This document shows, one piece after another, positions 12,651-24,500 of a stretch of 64,000 nt of DNA (the first letter of the stretch is position 1; each line of letters begins with the position of its first letter). A program made the position numbers and the translations under genes. Source of the stretch: Saccostrea cucullata (lineage: Eukaryota); contig NW_026938807.1 of NCBI RefSeq assembly GCF_032062105.1, positions 372,001 to 436,000 on the forward strand. Direction: 5' to 3'. The notes under the pieces are model-generated. The model was not told where the DNA came from. It was given only the letters and a program-made list of their open reading frames with translations, and did not search any database.

Positions 12651-14387
12651 TTTTTTTATACCAGTATATTAATACTTATAACAAAGTACCAGGGACAGAC
12701 GATCTTGCTTTGTTGATAAACTTAATTTTTTATATCCGTTAACTTTAAAATATGTTTAAAACCCAGGAGGAATGAAAATCTCTTCGCTATAAGCATAAAT
12801 TCATTTGTATTTCACATACAGTCAACAAGGAAAACCATCGGATAATTGATCAATAATAAAGTCAGTGCTATGTTCTAAAATTTAATAGCTAAAAATAAAT
12901 GACTGTACAAAACATGCTACAATACATTGGTTTAAATGAATTACCAGCTAGTAGAATGAATAAAATATTCACTAAAACTTAGGACAATTCGAAAATGTTC
13001 AAACAAAATTCAAAATACATGTGCATGTATTCAGACAAACTCCCATGTATTGTGAAGTTTTATTTTCATGGTGATGTTAAATTTCGTTGTGTGAAGATCC
13101 AACAAATTCATGTTTGTCCATTGTCGCAAATCACTGCCAAATTTGTGATCCTCTCTCGGAGAGATGAGGACTCCGGATAGTGGCTTGAGACATTGATGTC
13201 CACCAAGAAATGTAAATTTTATACATATAACTATACTCATAAATTCAAATCCCTAAGAACAATTTTTTTCATTTGAAATATAGCTTCATAAAAATTTGTC
13301 ATTTTACAGTATACACAAGTAATTAAGGTGAATATTGCTTGTCATTTCTATTTTACAAAAGAATACAAAATACTGGGTGCTATATATACTATTATATATC
13401 TATGATTGATAGTGCAACTGGTCCCTTGATACTTGTCAAGTCTTTTTTATGAAGAAAAACTGAAATTATATAACAACACTAAAATAAACTTCTACAGTCA
13501 ATGTGCACTTCACACAATATAAAATAATACAGCATGTATCAAATCATGCAATCAAAACATATATATTGGACCACAAAACTTGGCGACTATGTTATAATCA
13601 TCTTTCTCTTAATTATAGAATATATAAAAATTCACACAATACATATACATCTATTTCAATTTTTTTTCATTTTTAAATGAAGTACATAAAGAAAATCAAG
13701 TATTGCTGTAATACGTGGATTCCCTGATTTGCTCATGTCATCTACTGCTGTGGCTTTTAGACCTTGTGTCGTTGTGCATTGTCCGTTGTATGTGTGGATG
13801 AGCACCTTTTTTGGAACCATTGAATCAATTTCATTTTCAACTTGTGCATAAGTTAATGGGGAACAAAAATTATGAAGTTCAGGGACTCTGACTCCCTAGG
13901 TTTTGAGGGGATATAACCAACATCATAAAAAGTTTAAAATAGGCATTATTTGAGTATTGCATTTGCAATGCTAGTCCTCTATCAACAAGAGTAATCATTT
14001 TCCCATTAAAAATTGAAAATGTCATAATTCCATAATTGGGTGGGAAAAAACACCTTTGATTAATCTCTTCAACCAAGTGATAATTATTATAGTTACTTGT
14101 CAGCAGTTCACATAGAAAAAAAAATAAAAAATGTACCCTTTAACATGTTTAAGGGTTTTCTTAAAGAGTATAATTATCACATTTTAAAGAACTATTTCAT
14201 AGCTATGCATGTATATCACATTACAATCTGTTTTACCACTCTTTTTGGTCAATAGCAGAATTTTTCTAAATGTTGCTATGTGAAAACATTGTAAATTTTT
14301 ACCTAATTATCAATTTAATTTAAGAAGTCATCATAAAAGTACAATGCTGTAGTTAGCAAAAATGCACTGTATGTTTGCTTACTCGGC

Positions 14388-15437
14388 TTAGCAGTATGGC
14401 ATTAAATCATACCCCAAAAGCATTTCAGCTATTGGCTCACTCAAAGAAAGAAGCTTGAAGGGTGGGTGCTCACATATCATTTTTGCATGAGGCAGTGAAT
14501 CTGTGATCCAGAAATTTTCAAATTTGACTTCAGAATCTATAAACTTTCTCCAGGACTCGTTAGGAAACACAGCATGGGTGACATAGGCACTGACTTTTAC
14601 TGCTCCTTTCTCGTACAATGCTTTGGCACACTCTCGCAGTGTTCCTCCAGATTGAACCAGATCGTCAATGATAAGAACATGTTTTCCAGCAGGGTTTCCG
14701 TCTTTGACTTTCACAATCCTACGATTGCCATCCCTGATCTTAACACATGTAATAGGATCGTCACCAGGAAAAAAAGTGTGGAACCTTTTGCATGCTCCAT
14801 CATCAGGAAATGCAACACTCATGCTGTTAAAATCAGGCAGGGTTTTCATTTCCCTCAGCAATAGAGGAACAGCAGATTCAAGCCTTGGGATGACATTGTC
14901 TGAGAAGTAAAATCTTTCTTGAAGTGCATGTATGTCAAATATGACAATCTGAGCTGGCCCTTTCGTTGTCAGTGGTATGCCTGATAATAATGTTGCCATA
15001 GTTTTTGCTGTAGCTATCTGCCCCTCTGTGTCAACACGTTCCATGGTTCCAGTTGGAAAATAAGGCATTATGAAGTGAAAGGAACGCGCTAAATATCTTG
15101 GGAACATGTACAGAACTGACAGCTGCTCAAAAACAATATCGGGAGAGTGGAAACTCCCAATGAAGATGACATCCTTTCCTGCCATGTATTTGACATCCTC
15201 AATGAACAAATTTGGAAACCCATCTGGAAAAGATTTCCACTTAATGGTTTTTCTGAACTGGACTTCTCGGGGTCTAGAGACACTTCCCGAAATTGAGAAA
15301 GAACGTACACCACGGAATACTTGCTTCTCCTCCTGCTGTTCTTTCGGACGAGTAGAACATATATTGGCAATATTTTCTGCTAATGCTTCCATTGAAGGAT
15401 GTGCATAGAGCAGAACTGGGCTGTCATCCCCATTCAT
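14388..15437 (-). CDS. Ribose-phosphate pyrophosphokinase, class II (plant PRS3/PRS4-like), 349 aa, no coding introns
   Basis: First ATG at 15437 (the ORF-track start at 15458 is TTG within a likely acceptor TTTTGCAG). Motifs WKSFPDGFPNLFI, PYFPTGTMER, DIHALQERFYF, AFPDDGACKRF, IIDDLVQSGGT (PRPP loop), SAYVTHAVFP, FWITDS are characteristic of class II PRS rather than animal PRPS1/2. Confidence 0.92.
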   Translation of the reverse strand: MNGDDSPVLLYAHPSMEALAENIANICSTRPKEQQEEKQVFRGVRSFSISGSVSRPREVQFRKTIKWKSFPDGFPNLFIEDVKYMAGKDVIFIGSFHSPDIVFEQLSVLYMFPRYLARSFHFIMPYFPTGTMERVDTEGQIATAKTMATLLSGIPLTTKGPAQIVIFDIHALQERFYFSDNVIPRLESAVPLLLREMKTLPDFNSMSVAFPDDGACKRFHTFFPGDDPITCVKIRDGNRRIVKVKDGNPAGKHVLIIDDLVQSGGTLRECAKALYEKGAVKVSAYVTHAVFPNESWRKFIDSEVKFENFWITDSLPHAKMICEHPPFKLLSLSEPIAEMLLGYDLMPYC

Positions 15438-15759
15438 GCTGCAACTGCAAAATAACAAAATGACAATCTAATCTACGTCGTTGACTCGTTCTTAGTTTCG
15501 ATTCGATGTTATGTTTGTTTTGTTTTCGAAGAGTAAATTTTATTGTATTCTCGATCCCGGTCTTAATTTATTCGGAGACCTTGCAGGTGTCGGCAACTTT
15601 GTATAATTTTACCAATGACTGTAATTGTTTCTGTGCCAATAAAATATCTGAAATAGAGCACTCTATGCATAAATCAGAAAAAAAACTTCCGCGAATAAAC
15701 GCGAAAATTCGCACAATATAACGCGTAAATTTCACGTAGTACATGTACTTATAACGCTT

Positions 15760-16480
15760 TTAAATTTGTGAATTTCATGGTAATCTATTGATTACATTAT
15801 TCCTTAAAAATCTCTGCTCCTGGGTATTAAACAAACTATAAATTGAGTAGATATATAGTTATCATGAGCAAGGATGCCTCATACAAAATTGTAAATTTCT
15901 TGGCCCCAGGGTTGGGGATTCTAGTGGAAGGGGGTTCTATTGATTATTGAATAAAAAATGCATAATAGCTTTGAAATATTCTTTTCTGCTTCTGGTTAGT
16001 TATGTACAATGCTTGTTTTAGAATTGTGAGTTTCATGGCCCCTGGGTCAGATGTTCTGGTGTAAGGATGAGGCTCTATTGAAAATACATTAATTCTATTG
16101 ATTAATCCTCTCTGCTCCTTAGTGTTGAGCAGATAAACAAATTGTGTCGTTATGATGGAAAAGTAGCTTCTAAGAGAATTTTTAAACTTGTGGTCCCAGG
16201 GTCAGAGGTTCTTGCATAAGGGGGGAGCTTTTGATAATATAGAGGAAATGTGAATTCTTTGAAGTGCATAGTTATGATGATAAGGGTAACTTTCTTGACC
16301 CTGGGTCTTGGGTTCTGGTGTTAGGGTAGGGCTTTTCAGAATCTGTAGTGAAAATGCATTGTACCTGTGAAAAATCTTCTCAGTTTCATCTATCAATTTA
16401 TTTGATAATCTATGGATCCTCGAAATTGTTGTATTATACTCAGGTGATCGTTAAGGCCCCTAATTATTAGGCCTCTTGTT
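15760..16480 (+). mobile_element. HINE-like element with diverged ~166-bp satellite units
   Basis: Repeats of TTTCATGGCCCC(T/A)GGG... units, ending CTCAGGTGATCGTTAAGGCCCC...AGGCCTCTTGTT. Confidence 0.75.
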
Positions 16481-16762
16481 TTTTATCTTTGAAAACTTTT
16501 TTTAGATATGGAAATAAAAACAAACAAACACACAAGAGTCACAAGACACACCCTTGTTAAAAATATAGTTAATCTGATAAATACACGTACATTGTATGTG
16601 AAAAGTAAAACTATATAATGGTTAAAAGAAATCTTTATAATGTTCACGCAGAATGTGCGTAATGTTTTTCAAGACAAGCGCTTGGAAAACGGCAGAGTTT
16701 TAGACAAATAATGATTGTATGCCAAAATCTGGGTTATAATATGTAAGCTTATGTTTGAGGTC

Positions 16763-18500
16763 CAAGTTCAAGTTCATTTATTCTCTCAAAACCATTTAAA
16801 ATACATGGTACATGAGGACAATGAAAAATATTTACAGCATAAATATATTCAGGTCAGAGGTATAAGTTAATGATATACATAATCAGAAAATGGCAATGTG
16901 GGAAAAAGATAAAAGAGAAAAAAACACGTATGATACGTGTAAAAATGAAATAAATGAGGAGAAAAAATTATGGAGGACAGACTAAATCATATATTTTTAT
17001 TATAAACATACAAAGTTTTTTAAGTGACATTGCATCTTGTTTTGTCATCAGTTGGGAAAATTTCAAAATATTTGGTCTAGTAAAGTAATATTCATTAATA
17101 TACTTTTTCCTAACATTTGACAGTGCATTACATTCAAGTTTAAAATGGAATTCATCAGCAACATGTTTAGCATTACAATGTGTATATAATCTTTCATTTA
17201 ATGGTATACATGCCCATCTTCCCAGCTCAACTGGTAGACGGTGATTAGTAGTTCGGAATTTGACAAGTATTTTTCTAAATTTTGATGATAAAATATTTAA
17301 ATAATTTTCACACGCAAAATAATTTGTTTTAAAAGTTTTATACAAAGTGCCTTTAGAAGAACTATTAATATCAGAATGCCATTTTTGTATAGATTGATCT
17401 TGTAATCTTTGTTTAACAACAGAAGTAACCCAGTCTTGATTAGGATTACAATAAAATTGTTCATTCCAAATATGAGATAGACCACATGAGTCAAAAATAC
17501 GATGAGGAAAGTCAATCCAAGGATTCTTACCTATATATTTCAGATTGTGAGTTAGCAATTAAATATTGATATAATATACATGAAATTTTCTTATCTGTGC
17601 TATTCATTAACTTACACCAGAATGAGACTATTCTTGAATAAATAAGAACAGATAGTGGGAAACGCCCTGTTTCACCATAAACCATATAATTCGGGGTATT
17701 ACTTTTCAAGTACAGAATATGTTTCAAAAATTTTAAATGAACACGTTCAATAATATCTAGTTTTTCAAAACCCCAGATTTCACAGCCATAAAGTAACACT
17801 GGTAAAACCATTTTATCGAACAAATCAAGTTGACATTCTACAGGGAGGTTAAATTCTCTTATTTTTCTGATAAGATCATACATTGCCTTTTGGGCTTGCT
17901 CACAGAAATGTTTCTTGGCTTTAAAAGAAGAGCCAGATCATGAGAAAATGATACCAAGATATTTAAATTCTTTGACAGTTTCGAGACTCTTGTTATTATA
18001 GTAAAATACCCTTTTGTTTAAGGGACCTTTTGAAAAAATTAATATTTTAGTTTTCTCAATATTTACTTGTAATTTCCACTCTGAGCAGTAGCTTTCAAAT
18101 TCATTCAAAGCATTTTGTAAATCATCTGGAGTTTCTGCTAAAATGACAGTATCATCGGCATATAAAAGTATAAGAAGTTTCAAATACACACATAAGTCAT
18201 TTTCTATAGAAGTAGTAAGACTTTGTAAACCAATTATATTTCTATCAACAAGATAATTCTCTAGGTCATTAATACAATGAAAATAAAAAAGGAGATAAGT
18301 TTTCACCCTGTCGGACTCCGACATTACAAAAGAAAAAATCGCTTGTTGTACCGTTCATCTTTATAAGTGATTTAATTCCCTGATACATATTTGTAATATA
18401 CGTAAAGCATTTGCCTTTAATTCCATAATTTAAAAGTTTACTCCAGAGACCGTTTCTCCAAACAGTGTCAAACGCTTGCATGAAATCTATAAAAGCACAA
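16763..18500 (-). mobile_element. 5'-truncated, frameshifted non-LTR retrotransposon (LINE; RTE-X/L2-like, clade uncertain)
   Basis: Four ORF pieces (18269-18481, 17938-18324, 17527-17883, 16968-17558) carry RT motifs FIDF.QAFD, GVRQGENLSP, LLYADD, FKYLG and C-terminal LLYGCEIWG, DEFHF.LEC. 3' end AATAAATGAACTTGAACTTG. Confidence 0.9.
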
Positions 18501-19259
18501 TTTTAACTTGAAAACATCTGATAAGTAAACGAAAGGATAAAGATTTTCATTTAATTCTGAAATTCTGTTTCATTTCATTCGTAAAAGCTTAGCAGAAGTT
18601 ATGGACAGTGCCATGATCAGTTAGTGAAGAAATCTGTTTGATTCAACTTAATAAATAAATAAGTAAATAAAGCGCATCGGACATCTATACAATAACTTCA
18701 TTTGCGAAAACATATTGATTTAATTTTCGTATAAAATTGTTCATGTATTTCGCGAAAACCGCGAAACCTTTGCATTATTTAACGCATAACTTTCGAGTTA
18801 TAAAGCGGAACTTTTGCGATTATAATAAACGTGTTCTAAACATTTGCTGTAAAACCGAGACATTTGCACAAGTTTTTAAATTCTCTTTTTACCCGTTACA
18901 TTGTGTCTTTCTCAACGCTGTTCAGTCTATGCAAGTTTTTCAAAAGTAAAAAGGTATATTAATTATTATAAATTTCGGGGGAAAGATTAAAAAAAAAGTT
19001 TTGAAAAACGTGACAAGCGGAGATCTCCCTGAGAAAGAAATCAGTCTAAAGAATCTCTACGATTCTATAAATGAAAAAAAATATTTAAAGAAATATTCAT
19101 TTTATCTATTAGTAGGGTTTTGAAAAAAAGTGCAAAATTCTTTATACTAATCTGTTCTATATTCTTGCATATAATTTCTCTTTTACATCATCTGAGCAAT
19201 GTCAATAATAAATCGATAGAAGTTCCCGTCTACGTTCATGTTTCTCATCTGTCAGTCAA

Positions 19260-19830
19260 TTAATACCCTGGAGCAGAGGAGAAGATTTTTAAAACAAAAA
19301 TGCATTATCATGATATAATCAATTGAGCCCAGCCCTAACACCAGAACCCTTGGGCCATGAAATTTCACATTTTTGTATAAGGCATCCTTGCTTATCATAA
19401 CTATGTAGTCAGTTTGTTTAACATCTAGGAGTAGAGAGGAAGATTTTCAAAGAATTGGTGCATTTTCACTATATAATCAATAGAGCCCCATCCTAACACC
19501 AGAACCCCTGACCTAGGGGCCATGAAATTGACAATTTTAAAAAGAAGCATCCTTGCTCATCATTAGTATGTAATCAATTACTTTTTTAAATACCAAGGAG
19601 CAGAGGAAATGATTTTTAAGGAATAATGCATTATTACTATATAGTCAACAGAGCCCCATCCTAGCACCAGAACCCCTGACCTTGGTGCCATGAATGTCAC
19701 AATTTAGGTAGAAGGCTCCATGCTTATTACAATCAAGCTAACAGTTTGACTGATTAATGTCCAGATGTAAACAAGATTTTTGCATTAATTTTGATAGTTT
19801 TGGCACAACCCCTCAGGCCCAAGGAAGGGT
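19260..19830 (-). repeat. ~166-bp satellite units of the HINE family, reverse orientation
   Basis: CTA(A/G)CACCAGAACCC...GCCATGAA units at ~19335, ~19492 and ~19661, reverse-complementary to the units in 8500-9781. Confidence 0.75.
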
Positions 19831-20381
19831 ATTCACCTCATACTTCCAAGGCATGGCATAGCACAAAATGCAACCAGAAAGGAGAAAAAACAATGGACTA
19901 GACCAGGATTTGAACTCCTGAATTTTCAGTTAATAAGTGCTTTACCAACTAAGGTTCATCTGGCCACCCACAAATAAACTGCCACACTGCTCACTGATTA
20001 TAGGATTGCTGTTATTCTTACATCTATGATTAAATACAACAATACATGTACACTGTATTACCAACAAACATTCATATTTCAAAACATGAGCCATCTCTTA
20101 AAAAGGAGCAACTTCTGAGAACATGAGTTAGCAGGAAAACAATTTTGTTGCCTCCCAGAAGAAAATGATAAAAAGAATTAAAATAAGTCTCATAAAAATT
20201 CAGCAAATTTCTTTCATTCATCGCGTAGATATTGTACATATCTGTACTATTAGAATAACGCTAAACAGTCTTAAAATAAAGGCATCATTATACATTACTA
20301 TTTTTTTATTGAGAAATTTTATAAACATTATCTAATAATATCACAGATAAACAAAACAACTACACATACAATACAATAATA

Positions 20382-21520
20382 AACAAGAGATGTTTGTAAA
20401 ACACTTATGCCCCCCTCCCCCCAATTGGAATTTTTTTGCAAGTCCAAGGGGGATTAAACAACAGTTTTGAAAAATGACACGATTGTACCCAAAGCAGAAC
20501 TTGACCTAGATATTCATCTGATTAATCTGTATTTTAAATTTCATCTGGTATGTGAAAAACGGTTGCAAAAGAAAATGAACGGCATAAATTTCTGCAAATA
20601 ATTGAAATTTAATAAACTCCAAGGGGCATCACTCATGTTTCAAAAATGGTGTCAATTAATACCCAAAACAGAACTTGACAAAAATATTCATGATGATATA
20701 TCTGTATACCAAATTTGATTTCACAGTTTTTGCAATGGTTGCAAAGAAAATGTAGTCAGTTTGAAACTGCAAATAATTGAAATTTTTTCAAAGAACTCCA
20801 AGGGGCATCACTATATAAAAATGGTGCGATCATACCCAAAACAGAACTTGACCTAGATATTCATGTGATATATCTGTATACCAAATTTGATTTCAGTATT
20901 TGCAATGGTTGCAAAGAAAATGATTTTTGGAAACTGCAAATAATTGAAATTTTTTCAAACTCCAAGGGGCATAACTGTGTCAAAAATGGTGCAATTATCC
21001 CAAAAACAGAACTTTACCTAAATATTCATGTGATATATCTGTATACCAAATTTGATTTCAGTACTTGCAACGGTTGCATAGCACAAAATGCAAGCAGAAA
21101 CTGCAAATAATTGAAATTTTTCCAAGTCCAAGGGGCATAACTCTTTCAAAAATGGTGCAATCTGGCCACCCACAAACAAACTTGGCCAGATATTCATGTG
21201 ATATATCTGTATACCAAATTTGAATTCAGTATGTGCAACGGTTGCAAAGAAAACATTCATATTTCAAAACTGCAAATAATTGAAATTTTTCCAAGTCCAA
21301 GGGGCATAACTCTGTCAAAAATGGTGCCTCCCATAGAAAACTTGGCCTAGATATTCATGTGATATATCTGTATACCAAATTTCATTTCAGTATGTGCAAC
21401 GGTTATGAAGAAAATGAACGTCTTAAACTAAAGGCAATATACATTACTATTTTTTTATTGAGAAATTTTATAAACATTATCAATAATATCAGCAGCAAAG
21501 CAAAACCCTACACCTTCTTA
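20382..21520 (-). mobile_element. Second HINE-like family with ~160-bp internal tandem repeats (same family as 39682-40395)
   Basis: Starts AACAAGAGATGTTTGTAAAACACTTATGCCCCC (reverse complement of the 40365-40395 terminus). Six CCAAGGGG-anchored units. The distal end is garbled (see findings). Confidence 0.8.
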
Positions 21521-21578
21521 AATAATAAATAACATGGTTTATTTGACACAATGAATTTTAAATGATTCTGCAGTATTT

Positions 21579-24500
21579 TTATGTGGAGTCGTAATTAACA
21601 GGTGGTTTCTTATTCCTGTTTTCTATGGCTAGTTTCTGTCGGAGTCGCCTGACTTCGTTAAGCAGAGCGAGCTCCTGTTTATCAAATGTCCGGCTACTCC
21701 TCTCTAGTGACACAGAAGACTCCGGATCAGAAGATGTCTGGAGGGTGTTCCAGGCCGAGGACTGAGTCGTGTTGTTGAGGTACGACTGACCAAGTCTTTG
21801 TTCTACAAACAAAATATTAAAACATTTAAAGCTTTTTGTAAATTTTTAGAAGCAAATGTATAACCCTCTTAACAGAAGAGCATGGGTCTGTTACAAATCA
21901 AACATATGTACATGTATTAGGGGTTATATATGTAAATCAGCTGAAAAGAAGCAATGTTAATGGTCCTAAAAATAATTAAAACTGATATAAATACATTTAC
22001 AGTTCTCTTAAACCTAACTCTATGCTGGCATGATAAGACCCCTGTTTGTGTGACTTACTTTTGGTGGCGTACAGTACGCCCTGATTGTATGACTTACTTC
22101 TGGTGGCGTACAGTACGCCCTGTTTGTATGACTTACTTCTGGTGGCGTACAGTATGCCCTGTTTGTATGACTTACTTCTGGTGGCATACAGTATGTCCTG
22201 TTTGTATGACTTACTCCTGGTGGCGTACAGTACGCCGTTTGTATAACTTACTCCTGGTGGCGTACAGTACGTCCTGTTCGTATAACTTACTCCTGGTGGC
22301 GTACAGTACGCCCTGATTGTATGACTTACCTCTGGTGGCGTACAGTACGCCCTGTTTGTATGACTTACTTCTGGTGGCGTACAGTACGCCCTGTTCGTAT
22401 GACTTACTTCTGGTGGCATACAGTATGTCCTGTTTGTATGACTTACTCCTGGTGGCGTACAGTACGTCCTGTTCGTATAACTTACTCCTGGTGGCATACA
22501 GTACGCCCTGTTTGTATGACTTACTTCTGGTGGCGTACAGTACGCCCTGTTTGTATGACTTACTTCTGGTGGCGTACAGTACATCCTGTTTGTATGACTT
22601 ACTTCTGGTGGCGTTCAGTACGTCCTCCGTCATGGACTTGCCGTGTTCCTGAGCGTTCCTGGCCTCGTCCTCTACAAACTCCAGCCGTCGTTTATCTGCC
22701 TTGGTGGCCGCCTGCTTCTGTTCCTCCAGCTCCTCTTGCTTATCCTCCACATCTCTCTCCTGTCAGGAGGAAAATGTCATTATTTACATTAATTCATAAA
22801 CTATTAAAGGAAAAGGAGAATTAAACATTGTACATGCATAGTAAGGATACTGACCCTTTTCTCCTGACACTGCAGCATCAGATCATGGACTTCCCTCTCT
22901 AGCTGCCTGTTCTGACTGTTTGTCTTTGAGAGCTGAAATAAAAGAGGTAGTTGTTTTTTCAGTTTCAATTTATTGTCATGAGAAATTTTTACCCCACCAT
23001 TTTGGCCCTGAAATAGACACAATGGACCAAAACATGTGGATTAATCAATTTTGATGTGACTATGAAACTTGCAGATGCTGTTATGAAGAGAAATTTTTCC
23101 TTTCAGGATTAATAAAGCAATTAATACATCACTAATTACCAAGTACTTATGTTTACTTTTCTTTTTACCAGGTATATGTACAAATATAACATGTTTGATA
23201 CATAATCTAGTTCATAAGGAATATCATAAGGCCATAATAAATAAATTGCTAGATTCTCATCCAAATTTTTTTAAAAATCGAGGCAGGTGGGCAGCTTTTA
23301 TTTTATATTTTTTATTTTTTCAATTTTACAGATTTTTTATTTACCTAGTCAATCGGTGTAATTTTATCTACAATACCCGAATAAAAGTCATAGTAAAGGT
23401 TCAATTATCTTAATATATATGCATGTATTACAGCAATCACCATCTTTTCAGCTGTCAAAATCATGTTGACTTTCGCGGGATTTAAAACGAAAGTAGGATG
23501 GTAGATGAATATCGATCCCGATCAGAATTAACACGAAGAAAAACAGAAATAAAAAAATCAAGGCGAGGGTATAAAATTGGGGCGGGCGGGGATGAGAATC
23601 TACGAATATTTTTATTATGGCCTAATATTCAAATTTTTATTACATGTCCAAATTAGAGAGGGCAACAAAACAGATACTGATTGAGCCCTTGGACAACAAA
23701 CTGAACTGTTGCAGTGGTCTTCAGCATTGGTCAACAGGTCAGTTCCTGATTTAACAACTCTCTCCAGACTTGTACAATCCCCGATATCATCCGAAGACTC
23801 CTCTGACCTGATGTATAACGTACCTGTACACTCTTAGTCTCTCTCTCTAAGTCCTCCACTCTCCGTCGGTACTCAAATTCATTCTGGGCCCAAGCTTCTA
23901 TATTCTGCTGTGCTGCCTTAGCCAAGTTTTCTTGTAATTGCTAAAAAAAAATGAGATTACAGATAACAATAAAACAATCAAATGACATTACATAGAATTA
24001 GATCAGATGATTACTGATTTTACCTTGCGGATTTCCACCTGTCTCTCCCTCTCTGCGTCTCTCAGTCGCTGCTGGATCCGTTCCTCCAGCTCCGCTTGCT
24101 TTCTGTGCATGTCTTGTTCTGTTCTCAGCTGCTGTCCAGCCGTGGCAAAATCCCTGAACAGCTCCTAAACAAAGGAAAAGGAGTGATTATCAATCTGCAA
24201 CTATAACAGCTTAAACAAGACTGCTCAAAAACATTGTTTTACATTTATAATTTTGCAACTTATTTATCAATGCTGAGGATTCTGACCAAATAAATATATT
24301 TCATAATTGTTTACCTGCTCAAACATTTTCTTCTGAAGTTGGAGCTCTAGGTTTCTAATTTCTGCCTCCTCTAATGCAGTTTCAGTTTCTTGGTCTCTTA
24401 GTAAAGCCTGAAATATACATAGATTTATAACAACTTGTACAGTACTTGCAGAGCAAAAGAGTTGAGCTGTTTTAAAATGATCATTTTTAATACCTTTCTC

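Noticed and set aside
14574-15408. Antisense or alternate-frame ORFs over the PRS gene (similar shadows over the homeobox and CNOT1 exons)
   Set aside because: Shadow ORFs of real coding sequence with no recognisable motifs.
21954-22824. CRISPR-like array or separate repeat proteins
   Set aside because: Units are contiguous with no unique spacers, there are no cas genes and the context is eukaryotic. Only the TBC1D31 frame is meaningful.
22843-22850. GTATCCTT on the minus strand as a U12 donor in TBC1D31
   Set aside because: The frame requires the U2 donor GTCAGT 4 nt upstream, and no U12 branch point precedes the acceptor.
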